Below, in pieces: positions 9,047 through 17,988 of a stretch of 64,000 nucleotides of DNA. Below the pieces are notes generated by a model. That model had not been told where the DNA came from and did not search any database. It saw nothing but the letters and a program-made list of their open reading frames with translations. Both the position numbers and the translations under genes were made by a program. Origin of the DNA: Myxococcales bacterium (GTDB lineage Bacteria > Myxococcota_A > Polyangia > Polyangiales > Polyangiaceae); assembly GCA_016706225.1 (NCBI GenBank), contig JADJKB010000022.1, positions 192,689-256,688 of the forward strand. The letters are read 5' to 3'. The stretch's first letter is position 1. Every line of letters begins with the position of its first letter.

Positions 9047-9526
9047 ATGTCCCCTGACACCCCAGCCAACGGCCTGATTGCCGTCTACGCGGTCTACGCT
9101 GCGGTCAGCCTCGGCCTCACCGTCTGGCTCGCCCGCACCCTGTTCAAGAACGGCGCGGTCTTCTTGCGCGACGTATTCAAAGACGAGCCGGACCTGGCTC
9201 AGGCGGTCAATCGCTTGTTGGTCGTCGGCTTTTATCTGATGAACCTCGGTTATGCCTGCTTGCTCTTGCGCGCCGACCGACCCGACACCGGAGTCGCAGC
9301 GGTCGAGACCTTGGCGCAGAAGCTCGGTTTCCTGCTGATCTCCCTCGGCGGTATGCACTTCTTCAACATGTACTTGTTCCACCGCATTCGCCGCCGCGCG
9401 AAGCTCGCCGAGCTTCCGCCCCCAGTGCCGCACCAATGGCGCGTGGACTACAGCCAAGACGCCGCGCGCAACGCCGCACACCACTCCGCGCAGAGCTACG
9501 CCGCGAGTGGCGGCGCGAGCGGCTGA
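9047..9526 (+). CDS. small integral membrane protein, unknown function
   Basis: ATG with AAGGAG 8 nt upstream. Three predicted hydrophobic helices. High GC3. I recognised no family. Confidence 0.6.
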   Translation: MSPDTPANGLIAVYAVYAAVSLGLTVWLARTLFKNGAVFLRDVFKDEPDLAQAVNRLLVVGFYLMNLGYACLLLRADRPDTGVAAVETLAQKLGFLLISLGGMHFFNMYLFHRIRRRAKLAELPPPVPHQWRVDYSQDAARNAAHHSAQSYAASGGASG

Positions 9527-9559
9527 CCCAGCACGATAGTCATCAGCAGGGAGACCACC

Positions 9560-9964
9560 GTGGACTCGCTCACCATCCTCTACGACTCGAGCTGTCAGCT
9601 CTGTGTGCACTGCAGGGAGTGGCTGGAGACCCAGCCGAGCTTCGTGCCGATGGAGTTCGTCCCCTGTGATTCCAGCGAGGCGCGCCGACGCTTCGGACAG
9701 ATCCCGTGGCTCGGTGGACAGCTCGTGGTGGTGGCGAGTGACGGGCGAGTGTGGGCCGGCGCCGCAGCCTTCGTCATGTGTCTGTGGGCGTTGGTCCAGT
9801 ATCGGGAGTGGGCCGAGCGGTTGTCGAGCCCGGCCCTGGCTCCGCTGGCGGAGCGCTTTTTCCGGGTTGTCTCGGCCGAAAGGCGCCGGCTCGGCTCGCT
9901 CTTCACACACCGCCCTTGCTCGACGGATGCTTGCGGCGTCCCCGCCCGAGGTCCGTATCGATGA
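9560..9964 (+). CDS. DCC1-like thiol-disulfide oxidoreductase (DUF393 family)
   Basis: N-terminal ILYDSSCQLCVHCREWL shows the CxxC in the position typical of the family. Confidence 0.7.
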   Translation: MDSLTILYDSSCQLCVHCREWLETQPSFVPMEFVPCDSSEARRRFGQIPWLGGQLVVVASDGRVWAGAAAFVMCLWALVQYREWAERLSSPALAPLAERFFRVVSAERRRLGSLFTHRPCSTDACGVPARGPYR

Positions 9965-10707
9965 AGAAGAGAGCCAAGGCCGAGACCACCCGCGAGCGCA
10001 TCCTCGACACCGCGCTCGGCCTGTTTCGCAAGTCGGGATTCGACGCCACGACGATGCGCGACGTCGCCAAGGCCGCCGGCACCTCCCTCGGATCGGCCTA
10101 CTACTACTTCCCGTCGAAAGAGGCGCTGGTGCTCGCTCACTGGGAGACGCAGATGGTCGAGCACGAGCAGCGTGCTCGAAAGGTCTTTTCTCACTCGGCA
10201 GATCTCGGCGAGCGGCTGCGCGCGGTCTTCGACGTGCGGCTCGACTTGATGAAGGATGATCGGAAGCTGTTGACGGGGCTCTTCCGCACGATCGGAGATC
10301 CAGAATCGGCGGTCTCGGTGTTCGCCCGAGAGACCGCACCGATCCGCTCGCGCAGCATCAGCTTGCTCTCGGAAGCTCTGGAAGTTCCCGAGGTCCCGGA
10401 CGAGCTCCGCAGCCAAGCGGCGCTCGCGCTCTGGGTGTTGATGCTGGGGACGGTGCTCTACTTCGTGCATGACGACTCGCCGGGCCAGGTGCGGACGCGC
10501 GATCTCGCCCGAGGCGCGATCGATACCTTGGTGCCGCTCTTGCCGTGGCTCGCGGCACCGATGGCGGCCCCGCTGCGCGAGCGTGTGTTTGCCTTGCTCA
10601 CCAACGCGCAGCTTTGGCCGCCGGAACCGCCGGTTCTGCCGCCCGAGAGCGCCGCAAGGACGGCGCGAGCGCCCAGAAAATCCAAAAAAGCAGCGCGCAA
10701 CCGCTGA
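9961..10707 (+). CDS. TetR/AcrR family transcriptional regulator
   Basis: TRERILDTALGLFRKSGFDATTMRDVAKAAGTSLGSAYYYFPSKEAL is a TetR helix-turn-helix. The ATG at 9961 overlaps the preceding stop (ATGA). The longer listed ORF from 9751 overlaps the DCC gene and was not used. Confidence 0.9.
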   Translation: MKKRAKAETTRERILDTALGLFRKSGFDATTMRDVAKAAGTSLGSAYYYFPSKEALVLAHWETQMVEHEQRARKVFSHSADLGERLRAVFDVRLDLMKDDRKLLTGLFRTIGDPESAVSVFARETAPIRSRSISLLSEALEVPEVPDELRSQAALALWVLMLGTVLYFVHDDSPGQVRTRDLARGAIDTLVPLLPWLAAPMAAPLRERVFALLTNAQLWPPEPPVLPPESAARTARAPRKSKKAARNR

Positions 10708-10881
10708 ACTTCGGGCCTGCATCGACCGGCGCCCAACCGCCTGCTACACGGGCGCGCCGGTAACGGGGAAGGCTCGACCCTCCACCCGCGTAGGAGCGCG
10801 GCCACGTGTGCCCGCCGCGGAAGGGCACGCCGCGCGAGGTTGAGCGAAGATCCATCCGCCGAATTGTTTTAGGAGCACAGA

Positions 10882-13359
10882 ATGACGAAGAAGAGTCGAT
10901 CGAAACTCGAGACCGCAGCCTTCGGGCTCGCGGCATTGGCGGCCCTCGCGGTCGCCCCGATGACCGCCTGCGGCGGGGACGGCGGTTCCTCGTCGTCCAG
11001 CGGCGGCAGCGGAGCCAAGGACGGCGGCCTGGGCGGCGTCGGCAACGCCGGTGGGATCGGTGGAACCGGCAACACCGGCGGGATCGGCGGAACGGGCGGA
11101 GGCGCTCAGTGTCCCGGCGCCACGCTGTGCGGCGGCAGCTGTGTGCAGACCGATTTCGACCCCAGCAACTGCGGCTCTTGCGGCAACAAGTGCGCGACGG
11201 GCGAGCTCTGCTCGGCGGGCAAGTGCGCGGGCCAGTGCCTGGGTGGGAGCAGCGAGTGCAGCGGAAAATGCGTCGACACCCAGATCGATCCCGCCAACTG
11301 CGGCGCTTGCGCCACCAGCTGCAAGACCGGCGAGGTCTGCTCTTCCGGCCAGTGTGCTTCCAGCTGCCTCGGTGGCAGCACGGAGTGCAGCGGAAAGTGC
11401 GTTGACACCCAGATCGACCCCGCCAACTGCGGCGCGTGCGGCACCACTTGCAAGGCCGGCGAGGTCTGCTCGGCGGGCCAGTGCGCTTCGCAGTGCCTCG
11501 GCGGCACCACCCTCTGTGGCAACAAGTGCGTCGACAACCAGATTGATCCGGCCAACTGCGGCACGTGCGGCAACGCGTGTCAGAGCGGGGAGGTCTGCTC
11601 GACAGGTGCCTGTGGCCTGACCTGCACCGGCGGCACCACCAAGTGCGGCACCGCGTGTGTCAACACCAACACCGACACCGCCAACTGCGGCGCCTGCACC
11701 ACGCAGTGCACGACCGGCGAAGTGTGTGCGAACGGCAGCTGCAGCTTGCAGTGCGCCGGAGGCACCACCAAGTGCGGCACGACCTGCAGCAACACCCAGA
11801 CCGATCCGGCAAACTGCGGTGGTTGTGGCAACGCCTGCCCGAGCGGGCAGGTCTGCTCGGCGGGGACGTGCACCCTCTCGTGCACCGGCGGCACCACCAA
11901 GTGCGGCACGACCTGCGTCGACACCAACACGGATGGAGCAAACTGCGGCGCCTGCGCGAAGGCCTGCACCGCGGGCCAGGTCTGCAACGCCGGCGTCTGC
12001 GCCAGCGTGTGCGGCGGCAACCTGACGAAGTGCGGGAACTTCTGCATCGACACCCAGACCGACGCGGCCAACTGCGGCTCGTGCGGCAACGTGTGTCCTT
12101 CGGGAGCAAAGTGCTCCGCCGGCACGTGCCAGCAGTGCAACAGCGCCACCACGGATTGCGACGGTGACGGCTGGCTCGTGTCCGAGGGCGACTGCTGCGA
12201 CAAGCCTGGCGCCTGTGGTAGCGAGCCTCAGTACGTGAACCCCGGCGCCGCCGAGGTGGTTGGCAACGGCATCGACGACAACTGCAACGGGCTCGTCGAT
12301 CTGTTCGACCAGACCGATGCCCTGCCGTGCGACACCGGCCTCACGTCCAGCTCCAGCACACCCGCCGACTACGCCAAGGCGATGGGCATCTGTCGCACGA
12401 CGACGGAGACCCCGGCCCTGAAGAAGGACAAGACCTGGGGCCTCATCACGGCCGAAATTCTGCGCGCCGACGGCTCGGCCCTGGTTGACGCCCGCGCCCG
12501 CTCGATTCGACCGAAGTTCGGCAACACCAACGTGCCGATCGAGGGCGCCTCGATGGTGGTGCTGTCGAGCGGCATCGCGTCCGACGCGACCCAGACCACT
12601 CCGGGTCCGAACGGCGGCGCGCCGGGCGGCGGCAACGTGAGCACCGCTCACACGCCCGCGAGCACGGTGAACATTTCGACCTGCTCGGATGCACGCTGCA
12701 TCAAGGACTGGTTCACCACCGCGAACCCGCCGCTCAAGGCAGCCAACGCGCTGCCGGTGGCGCCGAACTGCGGTTCGGGGACGTCGGGCAGCCCGGCCAC
12801 GCCGAACGACTCGGTCATGCTGCGCCTGCGTGTGCGTGCGCCGACCAACGCACGGGCCTTCTCGTTCAACTCGTACTTCTTGAGCGCGGAGTACCCGGAG
12901 TTCGTGTGTTCGTCGTTCAACGACCAGGTCATCGCCCTGGTGGACACACCGAGCGGCACGCCCTCGCCGATCGCAAACCCGGTCGATAAGAACCTGATGA
13001 CTTACCTGGACACGAGCGCCAAGAAGTGGCCAATCGGCATCAACATCGCAGCGGGCACCAGCCTGTTTGCGGTGTGTGAGAGTCAGACCGCCAACCCGGG
13101 GTGCTGGGACACCGACGTCAACGCGGCAAGCTGCAAGGCCGGCATCGGTAGCCTGCTGGGCACCGGCTTCGACAAGTCCGGGAGCTGCACCATCGGTGGC
13201 GGGACCTACTGGCTCACCACCGCAGGCAACGTCATCCCGGGTCAGATCGTCGAGCTCCGGATCGTGATCTGGGACGTGAGCGACGCGATCTACGATTCGA
13301 CGACGCTGCTCGACGGCTTCAAGTGGCTGACGAACGCCACGCTGCCGGGCACGGGCTGA
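10882..13359 (+). CDS. secreted lipoprotein with eight Stig1-like Cys-rich repeats and a large C-terminal domain
   Basis: AGGAG RBS. Signal and lipobox PMTAC. Gly/Ser linker. Eight 42-43-aa repeats with 8 Cys each. A possible choice-of-anchor-type C-terminal domain (motif FLSAEYPEFVCSSFNDQV) is recalled from memory and unverified. Confidence 0.8.
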   Translation: MTKKSRSKLETAAFGLAALAALAVAPMTACGGDGGSSSSSGGSGAKDGGLGGVGNAGGIGGTGNTGGIGGTGGGAQCPGATLCGGSCVQTDFDPSNCGSCGNKCATGELCSAGKCAGQCLGGSSECSGKCVDTQIDPANCGACATSCKTGEVCSSGQCASSCLGGSTECSGKCVDTQIDPANCGACGTTCKAGEVCSAGQCASQCLGGTTLCGNKCVDNQIDPANCGTCGNACQSGEVCSTGACGLTCTGGTTKCGTACVNTNTDTANCGACTTQCTTGEVCANGSCSLQCAGGTTKCGTTCSNTQTDPANCGGCGNACPSGQVCSAGTCTLSCTGGTTKCGTTCVDTNTDGANCGACAKACTAGQVCNAGVCASVCGGNLTKCGNFCIDTQTDAANCGSCGNVCPSGAKCSAGTCQQCNSATTDCDGDGWLVSEGDCCDKPGACGSEPQYVNPGAAEVVGNGIDDNCNGLVDLFDQTDALPCDTGLTSSSSTPADYAKAMGICRTTTETPALKKDKTWGLITAEILRADGSALVDARARSIRPKFGNTNVPIEGASMVVLSSGIASDATQTTPGPNGGAPGGGNVSTAHTPASTVNISTCSDARCIKDWFTTANPPLKAANALPVAPNCGSGTSGSPATPNDSVMLRLRVRAPTNARAFSFNSYFLSAEYPEFVCSSFNDQVIALVDTPSGTPSPIANPVDKNLMTYLDTSAKKWPIGINIAAGTSLFAVCESQTANPGCWDTDVNAASCKAGIGSLLGTGFDKSGSCTIGGGTYWLTTAGNVIPGQIVELRIVIWDVSDAIYDSTTLLDGFKWLTNATLPGTG
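11110..12135 (+). repeat. 8 tandem in-frame coding repeats of about 129 nt
   Basis: Unit pattern C-x-GG-x-T-x-C-G-x-x-C-V-D-T-Q-x-D-P-A-N-C-G-x-C-G-x-x-C-x-x-G-E-V-C-S-x-G-x-C. Units 2 and 3 (about 11239-11496) are the most similar at nucleotide level. Confidence 0.9.
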
Positions 13360-13380
13360 GTCGAACACACGGGGGGGCGG

Positions 13381-13420
13381 ACGCCGCGGGTGCCGAAACA
13401 CTCGCGGCGTTCGTCTATTT
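13381..13420 (+). terminator. candidate intrinsic terminator after the Cys-rich lipoprotein gene
   Basis: An 8-bp GC stem, acgccgcg (13381-13388) paired with cgcggcgt (13403-13410), has a 14-nt loop and is followed by tcgtctattt. Confidence 0.4.
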
Positions 13421-13438
13421 GGGGCGCCCACGCCGCGC

Positions 13439-14830
13439 TCAGAGCGCGCCGAAACAGTCGAAGCGAGCGAGGTGGATCGAGCTCTGGGGTGCGCTCCCGG
13501 ACGATGGACCTTGCCACGCAACGACCAGAGACTGCCCTCCCGGCGCGCCGATCAACGACAGCTCGCCAAAGAACTGCGGCTCGAATGCGTAGCTCGCGAG
13601 CAGCGGACCCTCAGGGTCGAGCAGCGAGAGCACGAGGTCCGGCGGATTGCCCGCCGGGTCGTTACCCCACGCCACCACGAGTCGTTCACCGAGCGCGGCG
13701 GCGTCGAACTCGAGGGGGAAGTCGCCGGGCCCCGACAGATCGAGGGGACCGGTCAGATTCGCGCTCGAGGCGTCGATGCGCAGCCAGCGGATGGGTGCGA
13801 CGGCCCCACCGCTCGCCACCCGATAGACCACGTACGCACCGCTCGGGTGTGCCGCTGCAGCAATCTGCATCAGCGGAGCGCCCGCGTCGACGCTAGTCAA
13901 GTACGTGATGGTGGCGTCGGGTCCCACCCGGACCAGATCGAGGCGCGTCGGCGGTTCGGGATCTTGTAGCCCGCACCCGGTCTTCGGCGCGTTCGAGCCG
14001 TTGGCGAGGGCAACGACCCACCCGTCGCCGAAGGGCACGGCGTCGGCGACCGCGCCGAACGACGCGCAGCCGAGCACGCTGGTCTGCACGACGATGCTGC
14101 CCCCCGCGAGCTTCACGACTTGTGCGTACAGGGATGCGTCGCGCGTGCCGACCAGATGTCGGCCCTCGGCGCCGCGCGCGGCGAACGCTGGCGTGGAGCC
14201 GAGCAATGTCACCGTCGGGCCGGCGTCGGACTTGTTGGCCGCGACGTTGGGGGCAAAGCTGGGAAAGGCGCTGCCTCCGGTGTCATGCGCAACCAGGAGT
14301 GACAGGTGGTCACCAAAACCCGCGCCCGCGCGGAACTTCGGGGACAGCTGGGGGCTGGCAAATGCGTCGTGAACCGGGGCAATTTCCCCACCATTCGGCC
14401 AGTTGTCCCAGGGCAAGAAGGTCGCGTAGCCGAGCTGCCGGAACACACTGGGTGACTCGACGGGCTCACGCTCGAACGCCACGCTGAGCTGGTCTCCGCC
14501 GTCGCTCGAATAGACGAGCTCCGGCAGTCGATCGACATCCTTCGCCGAGTGCTGCACCTCGAGCACGCCGCCGACCTGGAAGAAGCCGGCGCATTCATCC
14601 ATGCCACCGAAGCCGGCCGCGCCGCCGAAGCCGGCCGTGCCGCCAAAGCCGGCCGCGCCACCGAAGCCGGCCGTGCCACCGAAGCCGCCGCCGCCAGAAC
14701 CTCCGGTGACGACACTGCCGCCGCTTGCGCCGGCACCAGCACTCCCGCCGCCGTTTCCCAGATCGGGAAGCTGAGAGCGCGACCCGCAGGCTACGACCGC
14801 GAGCGCAAGGCCGAGCGAAGCCGCCCTCAC
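13439..14830 (-). CDS. lipoprotein with GFGG repeat linker, unknown function
   Basis: The GTG at 14830 overlaps the upstream stop (GTGA) and gives the signal and lipobox VRAASLGLALAVVAC. The longer listed ORF to 14971 overlaps the upstream gene. Confidence 0.65.
   Translation of the reverse strand: MRAASLGLALAVVACGSRSQLPDLGNGGGSAGAGASGGSVVTGGSGGGGFGGTAGFGGAAGFGGTAGFGGAAGFGGMDECAGFFQVGGVLEVQHSAKDVDRLPELVYSSDGGDQLSVAFEREPVESPSVFRQLGYATFLPWDNWPNGGEIAPVHDAFASPQLSPKFRAGAGFGDHLSLLVAHDTGGSAFPSFAPNVAANKSDAGPTVTLLGSTPAFAARGAEGRHLVGTRDASLYAQVVKLAGGSIVVQTSVLGCASFGAVADAVPFGDGWVVALANGSNAPKTGCGLQDPEPPTRLDLVRVGPDATITYLTSVDAGAPLMQIAAAAHPSGAYVVYRVASGGAVAPIRWLRIDASSANLTGPLDLSGPGDFPLEFDAAALGERLVVAWGNDPAGNPPDLVLSLLDPEGPLLASYAFEPQFFGELSLIGAPGGQSLVVAWQGPSSGSAPQSSIHLARFDCFGAL
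14603..14692 (-). repeat. 5 tandem 18-nt coding repeats (GFGG-A/T-A)
   Basis: Units of gccaccgaagccggccgc and close variants lie back to back and encode GFGGTAGFGGAAGFGG... Confidence 0.85.
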
Positions 14831-15405
14831 TTCACCTTGCACACGCCCGTGTCGCACATCGCGGTCTTGCCATTGCACGGATCCATCAAACAAGTCACGA
14901 TCGTGCCCCCACACTTGGGACCGGGGTCTCCCGGCTGCAGCGCCAGGCACTGACAGGGGGCCGTGCTGCAATAGGAAGAGAAGAGCTTGCAGTCAGCGTC
15001 CTTCTTGCAACCCTTGGTGCCCGCATCGAGACCGCCGCCGTCCTGGCCGCCCGTTGCTGCGTCGATTCCGGCGTCCGCACCGGCAGCGCCGCCGCTGCCC
15101 GACGCTCCACCGCCGCTGCCGGCCGCTCCGCCGCTGCCGGACGCACCGCCCGAGCCCGCGGTTCCGCCACCGCTACCGGCGACACCGCCCGAGCCTCCAC
15201 CGCCACCGGAGCCACCGCCTGCGCTAGTTCCACCACTGCCGCCCGTGGTCGTGCCGGCACTGCCGCCGGTCCCGCCGCTGCTCTTGCCTCCGCTGCCCCC
15301 CGAGTCGTCGCTGCTTCCGCCGCAGCCGTTGACCGACGAAAGGCCCAGAAGAACCACCGCACCAAGCAAGAGTCCGCGCATGCCCATGACCTCCCGGAAC
15401 GCCAA
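14827..15405 (-). CDS. small lipoprotein with a long Gly/Ser/Thr linker and a 10-Cys C-terminal domain
   Basis: Signal and lipobox LGLSSVNGC. About 100 aa of GGS/GGT low-complexity sequence. The C-terminal domain reads CKKDADCKLFSSYCSTAPCQCL...CDTGVCKVK. The true start may be the internal MGM or MRG at 15387 or 15381. Confidence 0.7.
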   Translation of the reverse strand: MAFREVMGMRGLLLGAVVLLGLSSVNGCGGSSDDSGGSGGKSSGGTGGSAGTTTGGSGGTSAGGGSGGGGGSGGVAGSGGGTAGSGGASGSGGAAGSGGGASGSGGAAGADAGIDAATGGQDGGGLDAGTKGCKKDADCKLFSSYCSTAPCQCLALQPGDPGPKCGGTIVTCLMDPCNGKTAMCDTGVCKVK

Positions 15406-15445
15406 TCATGCCAACGAAGCTCACTGAAATCACGTTTCTCGCTGT

Positions 15446-15459
15446 TTTGGCTAATCTGC
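15446..15459 (+). promoter_or_regulatory. TTTGGCTAAT-C-TGC motif, candidate -10 region 4 nt upstream of the ABC operon GTG start
   Basis: It matches 25191-25204 at 13 of 14 positions. TAATCT ends 6 nt before the GTG at 15464, which is leaderless-type geometry. Confidence 0.3.
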
Positions 15460-15463
15460 CCGT

Positions 15464-16984
15464 GTGTCCGAGTCGCTGCTCGCGCTTCTCGCCGTGACCA
15501 AGGCCTTCGGGCCGACGCGCGCGCTGGACCGCGTGTCGTTCGCAATCCATGCCGGTGAGATTCACGTTTTGGCGGGCGGCAACGGCGCCGGCAAGAGCAC
15601 ACTGATCAAGATCCTGTCCGGAGCGCTCGCGGATTTCGAGGGCGAGCTGGAAGTGGACGGGCAGCGTGCGCGCCTCTCGAGTCCGGCAGCCGCACTGCGG
15701 GCCGGCGTCGCGACCATCCACCAGGAGCTGTCCCTGGTGCCTTCGCTCTCGGTGCTGGACAACCTGTTCCTGGGGGAGCCGCGCGCGATGCTGTCAGCGT
15801 GGCGACCCGAGCGCCACGTTGCCGAGGCGCGCGCGGCACTCTTGCAAGTGGGGCTCGCTCTCGACCCGCACACTCGGGTCGAAGACCTCGGCCTGGCCGA
15901 ACGCCAGCTGGTCGAGATCGCCCGCGCGCTCCGCCACGCCGCCCGGGTGCTGATCTTGGACGAGCCCACCAGCGCGCTCTCGGAACCCGAGGCCGAGCGC
16001 CTGTTCGAACGGCTTCGGGAGCTGCGCGCGACGGGCAAGGGCATCGTATTCATCTCGCATCGCATGGAGGAGATCTTCCGACTCGGTGATCGCATCACCG
16101 TGCTGCGTGACGGTCGTGTCGTGCACAGCGGAGCGGTCGAAGAACTCGACGAAGGCAAGCTGATCGACAAGATGGTGGGACGCGCGCTCGAGCTCCGCAC
16201 TGCGCCCTCGGTGGACGGCGCCTCGGGCAACGCTCTCTTCACGGCCTCCGGGTTCGGGGCAATGCTCGCGGGCGCGCCTCGCCCGGCTTTCGAGGATGTT
16301 GCGTTCGAGCTCGGCTCGGGAGAGGTGCTCGGGCTCGCGGGCCTCTCGGACTCGGGGGCGAGCGAGCTGCTGCACGCGCTCTTCGGCTCGCTCCCGGCGG
16401 CACTCTCGGGAGAGCTCTCGCTTGGTGGCGCGCGCTACCTGGCAAGCTCACCGGGTGACGCCCTGCGTTCGTCCGTCACGCTGCTCGCACGGGATCGCAA
16501 AGACAGCGTGCTGCCCGAGCGCGCGATCCGGGACAACGTCACGCTCTCCGCACTGCGCCGGGTCTCGAGGCTGGGCTTCGTCTTGCGCCAAAAGGAGCTG
16601 ACCCTCACCGCGCGTATCACCGAGCGCCTGGCTCTGGTCGCGCCTTCGCTCGACGCACCGGCAGCCGCACTCTCCGGCGGCAATCAACAGAAGGTCGCGC
16701 TGGCACGCTGCCTCGCGACGGAGCCGCGCGTGCTCCTGCTCGACGACCCGACCCGCGGCATCGACGTCGCCGCAAAAGCCGATGTGCATCGGTTGATTCG
16801 GGAGCTCGCCGCCGAGGGCTCCGGCGTACTCGTCGTGTCCTCCGATTTCGACGAGCTGGCGTCACTCTGTGATCGTGTCCTGGTGCTCTTCCGCGGGCGG
16901 ATCCGCGCCAGCTTGACCCGCGCCGAGCTCAGTCGCGCCAAGCTCTTGGCCCTAGCCATGGGCGGCGAAGGAGCCGCAGCGTGA
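15464..16984 (+). CDS. sugar ABC transporter ATP-binding protein (CUT2 / RbsA-MglA type, two NBDs)
   Basis: Walker A GGNGAGKST. Second-domain signature LSGGNQQKV and Walker B LLLDDPTRGID. 506 aa with duplicated NBDs. Confidence 0.9.
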   Translation: MSESLLALLAVTKAFGPTRALDRVSFAIHAGEIHVLAGGNGAGKSTLIKILSGALADFEGELEVDGQRARLSSPAAALRAGVATIHQELSLVPSLSVLDNLFLGEPRAMLSAWRPERHVAEARAALLQVGLALDPHTRVEDLGLAERQLVEIARALRHAARVLILDEPTSALSEPEAERLFERLRELRATGKGIVFISHRMEEIFRLGDRITVLRDGRVVHSGAVEELDEGKLIDKMVGRALELRTAPSVDGASGNALFTASGFGAMLAGAPRPAFEDVAFELGSGEVLGLAGLSDSGASELLHALFGSLPAALSGELSLGGARYLASSPGDALRSSVTLLARDRKDSVLPERAIRDNVTLSALRRVSRLGFVLRQKELTLTARITERLALVAPSLDAPAAALSGGNQQKVALARCLATEPRVLLLDDPTRGIDVAAKADVHRLIRELAAEGSGVLVVSSDFDELASLCDRVLVLFRGRIRASLTRAELSRAKLLALAMGGEGAAA

Positions 16985-17988
16985 GCGCGGGCAACCGAGT
17001 CTCGGTCTGGGCGCGCTCGAGCTCCGTGCGTGCACTGCTGCCGCTGCTCTTGGTCTTCGCGGTCGGTTGTGTGTTCAACCAGGACGGCGCTTTCTTCGAG
17101 TGGAGCGCGCACCGCGCCATGCTGCGTGAGATCAGCGTGCTCGGGATCTTGGCCTGCGGCATGACGCTCGTGATCGTGTCCGGTGGCATCGACCTCTCCG
17201 TCGGCAGCGTGCTAGCGGTCTCGGCCGTCTCCTTCGCGACCCTCAGTATGCAGCGGGGCTACGGGGCGATCGCCGCGATCGCTGCGGTGCTCGCCGTCGG
17301 AACGGCGCTCGGTTTGGCGTCCGGCGCACTGATCGCGCGCTTCCGTGTGCAACCCTTCATCGTGACACTCGCGATGATGGTGTTCGCGCGCGGACTCGCG
17401 AAGCTGATTTCCGGCGGAAAGAAGGTCACGAACTACGTGAGCCTGCCGGACGGTTCCTCCACCACCGTCGAGCTGCCCGCGGTGTTCCGCCAGATCGACG
17501 CCAAGGTGCTCGGCGACAACATCTCCGTCGTGACTCTGATCTTCGCTGCCTGTGCCCTCGCGACCTTCCTCGTGCTCAGGCAGCTGCGCGCCGGGCGTTA
17601 TCTGTACGCCGTCGGGGGTAGCTACGAGGCCGCACGCCTCTCCGGGGTGCCCGTCGCGCGCACCCTGCTCTTGTCCTACGCACTCTCGGGCGCCTTCGCC
17701 GCCATCGCCGGCATCTGCCAGGCCGCGCAGGAGACCCAAGGTGATCCCGAGACCGGCGCCGGTTACGAGCTGGACGCCATTGCCATGGTCGTCCTCGGCG
17801 GGACGAGTTTGTCCGGGGGCCGCGGAGGCATGGGGCTCACCCTGATCGGCGCCCTCACCTTGGGCATGCTGCAGAAGATCTTGAGCTTGAACGCCTTCAG
17901 CACCGAGGCGCGCCTGATGTTGACCGGGGCGATCTTGATTGGTGCGGTGCTCTTCCAGCGGCCCTGGCAGACTGAAAGGCAGTCATGA
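16981..17988 (+). CDS. sugar ABC transporter permease (RbsC/AraH type)
   Basis: Multi-helix protein with a GGIDLSVGS motif. GTGA overlap with the ATPase stop. Confidence 0.9.
   Translation: MSAGNRVSVWARSSSVRALLPLLLVFAVGCVFNQDGAFFEWSAHRAMLREISVLGILACGMTLVIVSGGIDLSVGSVLAVSAVSFATLSMQRGYGAIAAIAAVLAVGTALGLASGALIARFRVQPFIVTLAMMVFARGLAKLISGGKKVTNYVSLPDGSSTTVELPAVFRQIDAKVLGDNISVVTLIFAACALATFLVLRQLRAGRYLYAVGGSYEAARLSGVPVARTLLLSYALSGAFAAIAGICQAAQETQGDPETGAGYELDAIAMVVLGGTSLSGGRGGMGLTLIGALTLGMLQKILSLNAFSTEARLMLTGAILIGAVLFQRPWQTERQS

Noticed and set aside
11110-12135. Periodic repeats of about 129 nt, and those at 62321-63067, considered as a possible CRISPR or non-coding repeat array
   Set aside because: The units are contiguous without unique spacers, are in frame, and encode conserved Cys patterns inside long ORFs. 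They are protein-coding domain repeats.
10744-13521. 925-aa ORF on the minus strand covering the whole Cys-rich lipoprotein gene
   Set aside because: The translation is Ala/Arg/Gly-rich low-complexity sequence with no motif. It is the mirror frame of a gene with a clear signal peptide, repeats and RBS. Long antisense ORFs are an expected artefact of stop-codon-poor GC-rich DNA.
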